A stretch of DNA of 64,000 bases from an uncultured Candidatus Binatia bacterium (GTDB taxonomy: Bacteria; Desulfobacterota; Binatia; UBA9968; JAJDTQ01), in NCBI GenBank assembly GCA_965242525.1, contig OZ251459.1, positions 1,888,001-1,952,000 on the forward strand. The letters are read 5' to 3'. The position numbers and the translations under genes were made by a program. Below are positions 1 through 11,737 of this stretch, one piece after another (the first letter of the stretch is position 1; each line of letters opens with the position of its first letter). The notes under the pieces are model-generated. The model ran no database searches. It worked only from the letters and a program-made list of their open reading frames with translations, and was not told the origin of the DNA.

Positions 1-1425
1 CGCTACGCCCGGCTGGCCCACGTGGGCGACCGCACCGGCCTGGAGATGATCCGCACCTTGCAGCAGCGCACGGTGGCCCTGGGCATCGACGTGCACATGG
101 AATGCAACGTCCAGCACCTGCTGGTGCGCGACGGCAAGGTCGGCGGTGTGGTGGGCTACTGGCGGGAGAGCGGCGACCTGGTGGCGTTCCACGCCAAGGC
201 GGTGGTGCTGGCCACCGGCGGCTCCGGGAAGTGCTGGCAGGTGACCTCCAACTCCTGGGAATACAGCGGCGACGGCATGGGCATGGCGCTGGAAGTGGGC
301 GCGGACCTCATCGACATGGAGAAGGTCCAGTTCCATCCCACCGGGATGGTGTGGCCGCCCAGCGTCCGGGGCATACTGGTGACCGAGGGGGTGCGCGGGG
401 ATGGCGGGACCCTGAGGAACTCCGCGGGCGAGCGCTTCATGTTCCACTACATCCCGGAGTTCTTCAAGGCCGAGACCGCGGACAACGAGGCCGAAGCCGA
501 CGCCTGGTACCAGGACAAGAAGAACAACCGGCGCACGCCGGACCTGCTGCCCCGGGACGAGGTGGCCCGGGCCATCAACGCCGAAGTCAAGGCCGGCCGG
601 GGCACGGAGCACGGCGGCGTGCTGCTGGACATCGCCACCCGCCGGGACGCGGAATACATCATGCGGCGGCTCCCGTCCATGTACCACCAGTTCAAGGAAC
701 TGGCGGACGTGGACATCACCCGGGAGGCCATGGAGGTGGGACCCACCTGCCACTACATCATGGGAGGCGTGCGGGTGGATGCCGACACCTCGGCCACCAC
801 CGTGCCGGGGCTCTACGCCGCGGGCGAAGTGGCCGGAGGCCTGCACGGGGCCAACCGACTGGGGGGCAACTCCCTGTCGGACCTGCTGGTGTTCGGGCGC
901 ATCGCCGGGCAGTCGGCCGCGGAATACGCCCTGGGCGTTGACGCCGCGGCCGCGCCGGACCCCGCGGAAGTGGACCGGCTCGCCGACCGGATGCTGGCGC
1001 CGTTCGCCAACCGGGGCAGCGAGAACCCCTACGCCATCCACGGGGACCTCCAGCGCGCCATGCACGACCTGGTGGGGATCATCCGGACGGAGAGCGAGCT
1101 GCTGCAGGCCATGGAGGAGATCGCGGCGCTCAAGGACCGGGCCGCCCGGGTCAAGGTGGAGGGCGGCCGGCGCTTCAACCCCGGCTGGCACCTGGCGCTG
1201 GACCTGGGGTCGCTGCTCGCCGTGGCCGAGGCCGCCACCCTGTCGGCCATCGAGTGCAGGGAAAGCCGGGGCGGGCACACCCGGGACGACTACCCGGATC
1301 CGGACCCCGAGTTCGGCAAGGTCAACGTGGTGACGCGGAAGAAGGACGGGGCCATCTCCGTCTCCCTGGAGCCGTTGCCGGAGATGCCCGAAGAGCTCAG
1401 GAAGATCGTCGAGGAGCCAGTCTGA
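1..1425 (+). CDS. sdhA: Succinate dehydrogenase/fumarate reductase flavoprotein subunit (5'-truncated by window)
   Basis: Motifs VQFHPTG, LVTEGVRGDGG, HYIMGG, HGANRLGGNSL, RESRGGH; frame is open from base 1. Confidence 0.95.
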   Translation, partial: RYARLAHVGDRTGLEMIRTLQQRTVALGIDVHMECNVQHLLVRDGKVGGVVGYWRESGDLVAFHAKAVVLATGGSGKCWQVTSNSWEYSGDGMGMALEVGADLIDMEKVQFHPTGMVWPPSVRGILVTEGVRGDGGTLRNSAGERFMFHYIPEFFKAETADNEAEADAWYQDKKNNRRTPDLLPRDEVARAINAEVKAGRGTEHGGVLLDIATRRDAEYIMRRLPSMYHQFKELADVDITREAMEVGPTCHYIMGGVRVDADTSATTVPGLYAAGEVAGGLHGANRLGGNSLSDLLVFGRIAGQSAAEYALGVDAAAAPDPAEVDRLADRMLAPFANRGSENPYAIHGDLQRAMHDLVGIIRTESELLQAMEEIAALKDRAARVKVEGGRRFNPGWHLALDLGSLLAVAEAATLSAIECRESRGGHTRDDYPDPDPEFGKVNVVTRKKDGAISVSLEPLPEMPEELRKIVEEPV

Positions 1426-2201
1426 TGCCTGAAGTTGCCGGTGCGGGAAACGGGGCGGAAGCCAGGATGCGGGTCTGGCGCGGCGACGCCGGAGGCGGAG
1501 AGTTCCGGGACTACACGGTGCCGATCCAGGAGGGCATGGTGGTGCTGGACGTGATCCACAGCATCCAGGCCATGCACGCCGGCGACCTCGCGGTGCGCTG
1601 GAACTGCAAGGCCGGCAAGTGCGGGTCGTGCAGCGCCGAGATCAACGGCAAGCCGCGGCTCATGTGCATGACGCGCATGAACACGTTCCCCCCGGGCGAC
1701 ACCATCACCGTGGCGCCCATCAAGACCTTCCCGATCATCCGCGACTTGGTGACCGACGTGTCCTACAACTACGAGAAGGCCAAGCGCATCCCGCCCTTCA
1801 AGCCCAGGCCCAGGGAAGCGGACGGGACCCGGCGCATGTACCAGAAGGACATCGACCGGGTGCAGGAGTTCCACAAGTGCATCGAGTGCTTCCTGTGCCA
1901 GGACGTCTGCCACGTGATCCGCGACCACGACGAGAACAAGCCGAGCTTCGCCGGACCGCGTTTCTTCGTGCGGGTGGCGAGCCTGGAGATGCACCCCCTG
2001 GACACGGACGACCGGCTGGAGTTCCTCCGCAACGAAGAGGGGCTGGGCTTCTGCAACATCACCAAGTGCTGCACCGAAGTCTGTCCCGAACACATCAAGA
2101 TCACAGACAACGCCATCATCCCCATGAAGGAGCGCGTGGTGACGCGGTTCTACGACCCCATCGCGCGGCTGCTCGGGGCGCTGGGCGGGAAGCGCTCCTG
2201 A
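1425..2201 (+). CDS. sdhB: Succinate dehydrogenase/fumarate reductase iron-sulfur subunit
   Basis: CKAGKCGSC (2Fe-2S), CIECFLCQDVC and CNITKCCTEVCP; ATG at 1425 overlaps the sdhA stop (TGATG). Confidence 0.93.
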   Translation: MPEVAGAGNGAEARMRVWRGDAGGGEFRDYTVPIQEGMVVLDVIHSIQAMHAGDLAVRWNCKAGKCGSCSAEINGKPRLMCMTRMNTFPPGDTITVAPIKTFPIIRDLVTDVSYNYEKAKRIPPFKPRPREADGTRRMYQKDIDRVQEFHKCIECFLCQDVCHVIRDHDENKPSFAGPRFFVRVASLEMHPLDTDDRLEFLRNEEGLGFCNITKCCTEVCPEHIKITDNAIIPMKERVVTRFYDPIARLLGALGGKRS

Positions 2202-2237
2202 CGCGGGCGGCCCGGTTCGCCCATCCGTCCGCACCGC

Positions 2238-3014
2238 ATGGAACTGTCGGGAAGACTGGCCCTGGTCACGGGCGGGGGCACGGGCATCGGCAAGGCCGTG
2301 GCCCGGGCCATGGCGCAGGAGGGCGCCCGGGTCGTCATCGCCGCGCGCAACGGGCCGAGGCTCGAAGCCGCAGCCGAGGAATTGCGGGGGGAGGGCCACG
2401 CGGTGACGCCCGTGCCCGTGGACGTGAGGGACAAAGCCGGTGTCCGCGACTGCGTAAGCCGGGTCCGGGAACACGGGGGGCGCCTCCACGTATTGGTGAA
2501 CAACGCCGGGGCGTCGGGCATGACGCCCATGGACGGCGGCGACGACGGCCTGTGGCATACCATCGTCGATACCAACCTCACGGGCGTCTATCTGCTGACC
2601 CGGGAAGCACTGGGCGTCATGAGCAGGGACGGCGACGGCCGGATCATCAACATGTCATCGGTACTGGGCAAGTTCGGGGTTCCCGGCTATGCCGCCTACT
2701 GCGCCAGCAAGCACGGTCTCATCGGCTTCACCCGGGCGCTGGCGCTGGAGCTGGCGCCCCGGGGCATCACCGTCAACGCCATGTGCCCCGGATGGGTCGA
2801 TACGGAGATGTCCCGCGCCGGCATCGAGCAGATGGCCGCGCAACAGGGAACGGAGCCCGAGTCCTTCCGGCAGCAGGCGCTTGCCTCGGTGCCCATCCGG
2901 CGGATGCTGGACCCGGATGAGATCGCCCGGTTCGCTGTGTACTTGGCGTCGGACAAGGCCGCGGGCATCACCGGCCAAGCCATCAACGTGTGCGGCGGAC
3001 AGACCATGGTGTAG
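2238..3014 (+). CDS. Short-chain dehydrogenase/reductase (SDR)
   Basis: TGGGTGIG, NNAG, YCASK, PGWVDT. Confidence 0.92.
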   Translation: MELSGRLALVTGGGTGIGKAVARAMAQEGARVVIAARNGPRLEAAAEELRGEGHAVTPVPVDVRDKAGVRDCVSRVREHGGRLHVLVNNAGASGMTPMDGGDDGLWHTIVDTNLTGVYLLTREALGVMSRDGDGRIINMSSVLGKFGVPGYAAYCASKHGLIGFTRALALELAPRGITVNAMCPGWVDTEMSRAGIEQMAAQQGTEPESFRQQALASVPIRRMLDPDEIARFAVYLASDKAAGITGQAINVCGGQTMV

Positions 3015-3017
3015 CTC

Positions 3018-3839
3018 GTGACGATCCCGGAACTCCAGGCCATCGCCAAAGACATCCGAGTCGATGTGATCCGCATGCTGGTGGAAGCGGGCTCCGGCCA
3101 TCCCGGCGGGTCCCTGTCCTGCGCCGACATCGTGACGGCCCTGTACTTCCACCAGATGCGCCACCGGCCGCACGAACCGGACTGGCCGGACCGGGACCGT
3201 TTCGTGCTTTCCAAGGGCCACTGCGTGCCCGCGGTCTATGCCGCCCTGGCCCGGGCCGGCTATTTCCCGCGGGAGGAACTGCTCAGCCTGCGCAAGCTCG
3301 ACAGCCGGATGCAGGGCCACCCGGACCGCTACCGCTTCCCCTACATCGAAGCCTCCACCGGCTCCCTGGGGCAGGGGCTGTCCGTGGCCCTCGGCATGGC
3401 GCTGGCGGGCAAGACCGGCGCGGACGCCCGGGATTACCGGGTCTATTGCGTCATCAGCGACGGGGAATGCCAAGCCGGGCAGATATGGGAGGCGGCCATG
3501 GCCGCGCCCCGGTTCAGGCTCGACAACCTCTGCGTGCTCATGGACTACAACCATATCCAGTTGAGCGGCGGGGTGGATGAGATCATGAGCCTGGAGCCCC
3601 TGCTGGACAAGTGGCGCGCCTTCAACTGGAACACCCTGGAGATCGACGGCCACGACTTCCCCGCCATCCTGAAGGCGCTGGAGGCCGCAGGGCGGCATGG
3701 GGACGGCCCCACCATCATCGTCTGCCAGACCGTCAAGGGCAAGGGCGTCAGCTTCATGGAAAACCGATGGGAGTGGCACGGCAAGGCTCCCACCACCGAG
3801 GAAGGAGAACGCGCCATCCATGAGATCCGCAACGCCTGA
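3018..3839 (+). CDS. Transketolase, N-terminal (TPP-binding) subunit
   Basis: SGHPGGSLS, RDRFVLSKGH, GSLGQG, SDGE...N motif. Confidence 0.93.
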   Translation: MTIPELQAIAKDIRVDVIRMLVEAGSGHPGGSLSCADIVTALYFHQMRHRPHEPDWPDRDRFVLSKGHCVPAVYAALARAGYFPREELLSLRKLDSRMQGHPDRYRFPYIEASTGSLGQGLSVALGMALAGKTGADARDYRVYCVISDGECQAGQIWEAAMAAPRFRLDNLCVLMDYNHIQLSGGVDEIMSLEPLLDKWRAFNWNTLEIDGHDFPAILKALEAAGRHGDGPTIIVCQTVKGKGVSFMENRWEWHGKAPTTEEGERAIHEIRNA

Positions 3840-3875
3840 GCGCGGTTCTTCCGCGCCCCGGAAACGGCCATCCCC

Positions 3876-4799
3876 ATGACTGCCACCGCCACCCGCGTCA
3901 CCTTCGGCGAGACCGTCACCCGCTTGGCGGAGTCCAACCCGGACATCGTGGTCCTCGACGCCGACCTGCGGAAATCCACCATGACCGACGCCTTCGCCCA
4001 GAGGTATCCGGAGCGGTTCTTCGACGTGGGCATCGCCGAAGGAAACATGGTGGGGGTCGGCGCAGGCATGGCCCTGGCCGGCAAGGTCCCCTTCATTTGC
4101 AGCTTCGCCTGCTTCGTGGCGGGCCGCTTCGAGCAGATCCGCATGGCCGTGGCCTACAACCGGGCCAACGTCAAGATCGTCGGCACCCACGCCGGCATCG
4201 GCATCGGCGAAGACGGCTACAGCCAGATGGCCACGGAAGACGTGGGACTCATGCGCACCCTGCCCAACATGGCGGTGGTGCAGCCCGCAGACGCCGTGGA
4301 GACCCGCGGCGCGGTGGAATACATCGCACGACACGAGGGACCGGTATTCCTGAGACTGACCCGCCAGAAAGTGCCCGACATCAACGGTGAGGGCTACGAG
4401 TTCCGCTTCGGCAAAGCCGTGGTGCTGCGGCAGGGCGCGGACGTGTCCCTGCTGGGAACCGGCGCCGTCATGGAAAACGTCCTCAAGGCGGCAGACCTCC
4501 TGGCCGCCAAGGGCGTCGCGGCCCAGGTGGTGAACGTCCACACCCTCAAGCCCCTGGACACGGAGTTCATCGAATCCATCGCATCCGGGCACGGCAAGAT
4601 CGTCACCGTCGAGGACCACGGCATCTCCGGCGGACTCGGCAGCGCCGTCTCCGAAGCCGTAGCCGAACTCGGCCGAGGCCGGGTCAAGCGGGTTGGCGTG
4701 CGGGAGTTTGCCGAGTCGGGGGACACCCGGGGGCTCTACGAGAAGTACGGGCTGTCGGCGGAGCAGGTGAGCGACGCGGCCCTGGAGCTGCTCGCTTAG
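3876..4799 (+). CDS. Transketolase, C-terminal subunit
   Basis: DADL..ST, GIAEGNM, GEDGYSQ, TVEDH..GGLGSAV. Confidence 0.92.
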   Translation: MTATATRVTFGETVTRLAESNPDIVVLDADLRKSTMTDAFAQRYPERFFDVGIAEGNMVGVGAGMALAGKVPFICSFACFVAGRFEQIRMAVAYNRANVKIVGTHAGIGIGEDGYSQMATEDVGLMRTLPNMAVVQPADAVETRGAVEYIARHEGPVFLRLTRQKVPDINGEGYEFRFGKAVVLRQGADVSLLGTGAVMENVLKAADLLAAKGVAAQVVNVHTLKPLDTEFIESIASGHGKIVTVEDHGISGGLGSAVSEAVAELGRGRVKRVGVREFAESGDTRGLYEKYGLSAEQVSDAALELLA

Positions 4800-4843
4800 A
4801 TGCAGGGTCGCATGCCTGACTTGGCCAGCAGGGACGGGGAAGG

Positions 4844-5587
4844 ATGAGGAGTCAAGTACCGGATTACATTGAGAGACGAATTCGCTGCCCGGTTCCAGCC
4901 GATTCGCGAGTGATCCCCGGCACAACGCCGGTTGTTGCCTTTGGTGACGTTAGTCAGGCCCGTGTTGCCACCCTTGGCATCAACCCTAGCCTGGCTGAAT
5001 TTCTTCGACAGGGAAAGGAACTAATTGCTTGCGACCGCCGGTTGGCTACGCACCGATCCTTGGGCGTTTCTGACTTGGAAAAGGCACCGGCAGCAGCTAT
5101 TGAGCAAGTGTTGGCGGATTGCAATGGTTACTTCCAGCGCAATCCCTACCGTGGCTGGTTTGACCAATTGGAGCCGGTTCTTAAAGCTTGCGGCGCATCC
5201 TATTACGATGGGACTGCTTGCCACCTGGATTTGGTGCAATGGGCCACCGATCCAGCCTGGAGCAAGCTACCTATCGAAGTTAAGCGCCGCCTGCTCCGGG
5301 ACGATGTTCCTTTTCTGTTCGAACAACTTACCAATGAGAACATTGAGATACTCCTTCTGAATGGGCAAATGGTTGTATCCGCCATCACAAGAGATTGGAA
5401 TGTCAAACTTGATAAATCTGCTCCAATTGCTGGCTTGGCGCGCCAAGATACCCGTTTGTTTGCCGGGATGATTTTGGATAGAGTTCAAACTGTCGGATGG
5501 AGTACCAATCTGCAATCATCTCGTGGCGTAACCAGCAAATTGAAAAAAGCGCTTGCCGATAGAGTTGGAGAACTGGTCGGTAAATAG
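4844..5587 (+). CDS. Hypothetical protein, probable uracil-DNA-glycosylase-like fold
   Basis: 247-aa ORF in visibly AT-richer DNA; FGD....VATLGINP resembles UDG motif A; later HLDLVQWAT and ILLLNG strands. Confidence 0.55.
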   Translation: MRSQVPDYIERRIRCPVPADSRVIPGTTPVVAFGDVSQARVATLGINPSLAEFLRQGKELIACDRRLATHRSLGVSDLEKAPAAAIEQVLADCNGYFQRNPYRGWFDQLEPVLKACGASYYDGTACHLDLVQWATDPAWSKLPIEVKRRLLRDDVPFLFEQLTNENIEILLLNGQMVVSAITRDWNVKLDKSAPIAGLARQDTRLFAGMILDRVQTVGWSTNLQSSRGVTSKLKKALADRVGELVGK

Positions 5588-5672
5588 CTGGAATTCTCAG
5601 CTCTTCCGGCTTTCGTGTGGGCAAGGTAGGAGGGAAAGGATCATGCGGTCATTGCTCCGCAGACACTTGCCC

Positions 5673-5699
5673 TGTCATTCCCGCGAAAGCGGGAATCCA
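5673..5699 (+). repeat. REP-like palindromic repeat, left arm of a 27-bp inverted repeat
   Basis: TGTCATTCCCGCGAAAGCGGGAATCCA, with internal hairpin ATTCCCGC-GAAA-GCGGGAAT. Confidence 0.9.
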
Positions 5700-5715
5700 G
5701 TCCAGTTTCATCGCT

Positions 5716-5860
5716 CTCGTTGCACAAACCTCTTCAGCTCGGATTACCTTTCTCGTTCCGCTCAGTCTTCCTTGCCCGATTCCACTTCCTGACCACCTTT
5801 TCTCTCTGGATGGCGCTTTCCATGGATTCAGGAACCTCGTATCCAATCAACTGGCGCACA
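5716..5860 (-). pseudogene. GIY-YIG nuclease C-terminal remnant
   Basis: Translates as LIGYEVPESMESAIQREKVVRKWNRARKTERNEKGNPS*RGL, matching the small GIY-YIG C-terminal consensus (LVxYE...AIxREKxxKxW.R.WK..LIE..NP.WRDL); TGA replaces the Trp codon; N-terminus is missing. Confidence 0.7.
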
Positions 5861-5894
5861 GTGATGCAGGGCGCCTTGGGTTGGGTCGGAAGGA

Positions 5895-5921
5895 TGGATT
5901 CCCGCTTTCGCGGGAATGACA
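5895..5921 (-). repeat. REP-like palindromic repeat, right arm of the 27-bp inverted repeat
   Basis: TGGATTCCCGCTTTCGCGGGAATGACA is the exact reverse complement of 5673-5699. Confidence 0.9.
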
Positions 5922-6060
5922 GAGTGAGGCGTCCGCGACGCCAAACCGAGGACGGCATGATCGGAATGAGAGGGAAGCCGATCTCATTACGTGGGTGGGG
6001 AATATCACCACCCACATGAATTCCTGAAGAGCCAATTCAAATGCCTGAACCAAAAGCGGG

Positions 6061-6426
6061 CTACTGCAAACGTTCCATTTCCGGCCACCTTGTAAAAGCC
6101 ATTCCCTGGCAAAGAAGCGGTGATTTCAGAGTCAGAGAATCAACGACTTTTCCAGAATTGATGACAAAGGAGGTCCGTTGAAGACCTGTATAGCCACCCA
6201 TTCTGTTTTTTGCATTGGCCTCCAGACATACAATCCAGCCCAAGGGGCCTTTTAGCGGTCCCGCTATTGAAACGTTGCGGAGGGAGTACGGGTCGAAAAA
6301 TGAACGCTCAATATGTGCCTTGACGATATTCCGATAGTTCGTCGGGTAAGGGCCAATTTCGACCGGGCCGACCGTCATGCATCCGGCTATCGCCAGGATT
6401 CCGATAATAGCTATCAAGGTCTTCAT
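6061..6426 (-). CDS. Hypothetical lipoprotein
   Basis: Signal peptide with lipobox IAGC; DPYS and NAKNRMGGYTG motifs; AT-richer DNA. Confidence 0.7.
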   Translation of the reverse strand: MKTLIAIIGILAIAGCMTVGPVEIGPYPTNYRNIVKAHIERSFFDPYSLRNVSIAGPLKGPLGWIVCLEANAKNRMGGYTGLQRTSFVINSGKVVDSLTLKSPLLCQGMAFTRWPEMERLQ

Positions 6427-6480
6427 GGAATGACTCCTATAGTAGAGCTACTCGATTGACTCTACCATGAAACTGCGCAA

Positions 6481-6702
6481 TCACGCCACTTCGCGCATCG
6501 GCTTGGTCATCGATTTCGGCAACGTGCGCCCGGACGCCTGGAAAGAGGCCAGTACATCATCCACCACTTCGCAAAGTTCCCGGTACAACCGTATGGGGTC
6601 GCTGCCGTGTATCCCGGTGATGACGTCGGGACAACGCCCGAGGTAGGCGTTGTCCTCGTCGCTCCACTCGATCCATTTGTGGTATCCATCACTCGGCCTC
6701 AT
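6481..6702 (-). CDS. HicB-like antitoxin (orphan)
   Basis: YHKWIEWSDEDNAYLGRCPD...HG...L.EVV...GRTLP matches the HicB partial RNase H fold. Confidence 0.75.
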   Translation of the reverse strand: MRPSDGYHKWIEWSDEDNAYLGRCPDVITGIHGSDPIRLYRELCEVVDDVLASFQASGRTLPKSMTKPMREVA

Positions 6703-6742
6703 CGGCCGCCACCTCATTGGCAAAGCGTGAACGCACCCGGTT

Positions 6743-7273
6743 TCATTCTTCCGTCCCCTTCTCTTGAACGGGGGAAGGTTCGTCGGACGGCGCTTCCGAC
6801 GGCGCCTCTGCCTCGGCGGCCGGCTCCCCGCCTTCCGGCGCTACCTTGACCTTGACGGTTGGCGTGACTTCCGGGCCGAGGCGGACGGGGACGTCGTATT
6901 CGCCTACGGTCTTGATGGGGGCGTCCAGGACGATCTTTCGGCGATCGACTTCGAAGCCTTGCGCCTTCAGGGCCTTTTCGATGTCGAGGTTGGTGACGGA
7001 GCCGAAGAGCCTGCCTTCCTCGCCGACCTTGGCGGCGAACTCCAGGGAGACCTGCGCCAGCTTCTCGCCGAAGCTGCGGGCTTCCCTGGTCAGGCGCTCC
7101 CGCCGTTGGGCGATCATGCGCTGCTCGTGCTCCAGGGCCTTCAGGTTCTTCTTGTCGGCAAGGACCACCAGGCCTCGGGGCAGGAGGTAGTTCCGGGCGT
7201 AACCGTCCTTGACCCGCACCACGTCGCCCATGCTGCCCAGGTTCTCAATGTCTTCTCTCAACACGACTTCCAT
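6743..7273 (-). CDS. rplI: 50S ribosomal protein L9
   Basis: MEVVLREDIENLG..GDVVRVKDGYARNYLLP, GRLFGSVT. Confidence 0.97.
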   Translation of the reverse strand: MEVVLREDIENLGSMGDVVRVKDGYARNYLLPRGLVVLADKKNLKALEHEQRMIAQRRERLTREARSFGEKLAQVSLEFAAKVGEEGRLFGSVTNLDIEKALKAQGFEVDRRKIVLDAPIKTVGEYDVPVRLGPEVTPTVKVKVAPEGGEPAAEAEAPSEAPSDEPSPVQEKGTEE

Positions 7274-7283
7274 GGAAACTCCT

Positions 7284-8228
7284 TCAGGTCACGCCCGTGG
7301 TGCGCCGTTCCAGGCGACGGAAGTCGCCCCAGAGGTCGAAGAACCCCAGGCCGATGACCAGGACCGTGAGGAACTGCTCGAACACGATGAGCAGGTATCC
7401 CAGGACACGAAAGAACATCGGGACTCTCTTGTGATGAAAGTAGTAGGCGACGATGGCCAGGCCCTGCAAGAAGTAGAACAGCAGGCAAACGAAGACCACG
7501 TTCACCGCCACCGCGCGCACCTGCCACCCAAGCGGCAGAAAGAGCGCCAAGCTGGGCGCCAGCAGCAGCCATACCAGCCGGTCGGGGGACTTCCACTCCC
7601 GGAGGTCCCCGGACTGGAAGAAGAACGAGCGGTACTGCGGGAACTGCCATGACAGCAACGCCAGGTTGGCCAGGACCACCACCGCCATGGCGAAGAACAG
7701 CATGCCCGGAAGCATCCGGACGAACAGCGCCGCCATCTGTCCGGCATGGTCCCTGAGGTAGTCGATGGTCTCGCCCGACAGCCCGATGCGCTCATACACT
7801 TGCAGGGTCAGGAGGACCTGTTCCCGGACGCCGGCGTGCAGGGCCTGCCACAGGGTGGAGAAGGACCCCGCGAACGCCAACGCCGCCAGCCCCATGACCG
7901 CACACTGGAAGAGGGCGCTGCCGCTCACCACCGCGGTGATGGACCAACCCCGTCCGAAGCAATGGAACAGCGCGTAAGCCACCAGCGCGAACGCGAGGTA
8001 GATGGCCGCGGCCTCGAGCCCGGCCAGCGCGTAGATGCAGGCGGCAGCGGCAGCGGGCAGCAGTTGCCCTGCTTCCCTCCCTGCCCTGACGCCCACGAAC
8101 AGGGCCGGAAAGACCGCCAGGGGCAGCGCCGCCAAGCCGAGGAACGGCACCCTCAACCCTGCGAGGAAGAGCAGGAGAGTGGCGGCCAACCCAAGCCCGA
8201 ACACCTTGAGAGTTTCAGGCCCTTTCAT
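7284..8228 (-). CDS. DUF2232/YybS family membrane protein
   Basis: Multiple TM segments, LQGLAI and GLGFFDLWGDFR C-terminus; located between rpsR and rplI. Confidence 0.85.
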   Translation of the reverse strand: MKGPETLKVFGLGLAATLLLFLAGLRVPFLGLAALPLAVFPALFVGVRAGREAGQLLPAAAAACIYALAGLEAAAIYLAFALVAYALFHCFGRGWSITAVVSGSALFQCAVMGLAALAFAGSFSTLWQALHAGVREQVLLTLQVYERIGLSGETIDYLRDHAGQMAALFVRMLPGMLFFAMAVVVLANLALLSWQFPQYRSFFFQSGDLREWKSPDRLVWLLLAPSLALFLPLGWQVRAVAVNVVFVCLLFYFLQGLAIVAYYFHHKRVPMFFRVLGYLLIVFEQFLTVLVIGLGFFDLWGDFRRLERRTTGVT

Positions 8229-8261
8229 AAGCCGACCTGTGGGGGCGAGGAAGGTACGGGG

Positions 8262-8543
8262 TCAGAGCTTTACGGTGGTGTAGGGGAGCAACGCTACCAG
8301 ACGGGCCCGCTTGATCGCCCTGGCCAAGCGCCGTTGACACCAGCAACACGTCCCGGTGATGCGGCTCGGCGTGATCTTGCCCCGCTCCGTCATGAACCCG
8401 GTGAGGAGCCGGGTATCCTTGTAGTCGAAGCGAAGGTCCTTGTTGGCGCAGAAGCGACAGACCTTCCGGCGCGACATGCCGCGCCGGCGAGGCGGCGAAT
8501 CATGATGGTCGTCCGAGCCTCTTCTTCCGCGATATTCCGCCAT
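8262..8543 (-). CDS. rpsR: 30S ribosomal protein S18
   Basis: KVCRFC...DYKD...[12 protein letters not shown]...[17 protein letters not shown]. Confidence 0.97.
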   Translation of the reverse strand: MAEYRGRRGSDDHHDSPPRRRGMSRRKVCRFCANKDLRFDYKDTRLLTGFMTERGKITPSRITGTCCWCQRRLARAIKRARLVALLPYTTVKL

Positions 8544-8563
8544 CGTTCGTCAACCGTCTCCCG

Positions 8564-8983
8564 CTACGCCGTCCCTGCGTCCTGCGCTTCGGAGCCTTCC
8601 CGGACTTCTTCCGCGGCCTCCTGCGGCGCCGGTTCCGGCTCCGGGGCCGGTTCCGGCGCAGGCTCCTCGGTCCGGGCCAGGGAGCGCACGTCGTCGTCCA
8701 GCACCACGGTCATGCACCGCATGACCTCGTCGCTCAACCGCATCAACCGCTCCAACTCCCGGCTGGTGCCGGCCGACGCCTGGTACTGGACCAGGTTGTA
8801 GAACCCCTTGCCCTGCTTCTCGATGGGGTAGGACAAGTCGCGCATGCCCCATTCCTCGAAGTGCGTAACGGTTGCGCCCTCGCCTTCCAGGACTCCCCGA
8901 AAGCGCTCGCAGAGTTCCTTGTTCCTGCCGGCGTGAACCGGGTGGACGATGAACAGCGTCTCGTAATGGATGTTCTCAGCCAT
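8564..8983 (-). CDS. rpsF: 30S ribosomal protein S6
   Basis: YETLFIVHP, EEWGMRDLSYPIEK; acidic Pro/Glu-rich tail. Confidence 0.95.
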   Translation of the reverse strand: MAENIHYETLFIVHPVHAGRNKELCERFRGVLEGEGATVTHFEEWGMRDLSYPIEKQGKGFYNLVQYQASAGTSRELERLMRLSDEVMRCMTVVLDDDVRSLARTEEPAPEPAPEPEPAPQEAAEEVREGSEAQDAGTA

Positions 8984-9029
8984 GGTCCGTCGAAAGATGT
9001 AACACAGGGACCCTTCCTTTACAACCGCG

Positions 9030-11078
<2,049 letters not shown>

Positions 11079-11088
11079 AACCCCTCCT

Positions 11089-11694
11089 CTATCGAACTCG
11101 ATTGAAGTTTTCCATGGCCCAGACCGGGCCTTTCGACGCGATGGCTTCCACCGCCTCCGCGGCCCTCGACAACACGCCGTCCCGCTCTTGCAACCCTTCC
11201 CACTCCTCGGACGAGAACCGGCTCAGCACGTACTCCACCGCGTCCACCCCCGCGGGCGGACGACCGATGCCCATGCGGACGCGGACGAAGTCACGGTCCG
11301 CCAGATGGTGCAGCACCGACGCCAGTCCCCGGTGGCCGCCGGCCGACCCGCCGCAGCGGATCCGCAGCCGCCCGAAGGGCAGGTCCAGGTCGTCATAGGC
11401 CACCACCAGGTCCGAGCCCCGGGCGCCGAAGCGCTTGACCAGGGCGGCTGCGGCCACGCCGCTGTGGTTCATGTAGGTCTGCGGCTTGGCGAGCACCAGG
11501 GGATCTCGCCCCTCCGCGGCCACCGGGGTCCACTCCCGTTCCCGCTGCCCCACCAGGGACTCGCACCTTTCCTTCGTCACGGACACGCCGGAGTCGTCGG
11601 CGATCCTGTCGATGAGCAGAAAGCCCAGGTTGTGCCGCGAGCGTTCGTACCGCCTGCCCGGGTTGCCCAGGCCCATGACGACCTTGGCGCTCAC
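11089..11694 (-). CDS. pth: Peptidyl-tRNA hydrolase
   Basis: GLGNPG, RHNLGF, KPQTYMN.SG, DDLDL, GGHRG. Confidence 0.96.
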   Translation of the reverse strand: MSAKVVMGLGNPGRRYERSRHNLGFLLIDRIADDSGVSVTKERCESLVGQREREWTPVAAEGRDPLVLAKPQTYMNHSGVAAAALVKRFGARGSDLVVAYDDLDLPFGRLRIRCGGSAGGHRGLASVLHHLADRDFVRVRMGIGRPPAGVDAVEYVLSRFSSEEWEGLQERDGVLSRAAEAVEAIASKGPVWAMENFNRVR

Positions 11695-11737
11695 GCGGGT
11701 CTCCCGAAGGGTCCATGCGCATGGCCCACGCGCGGCA

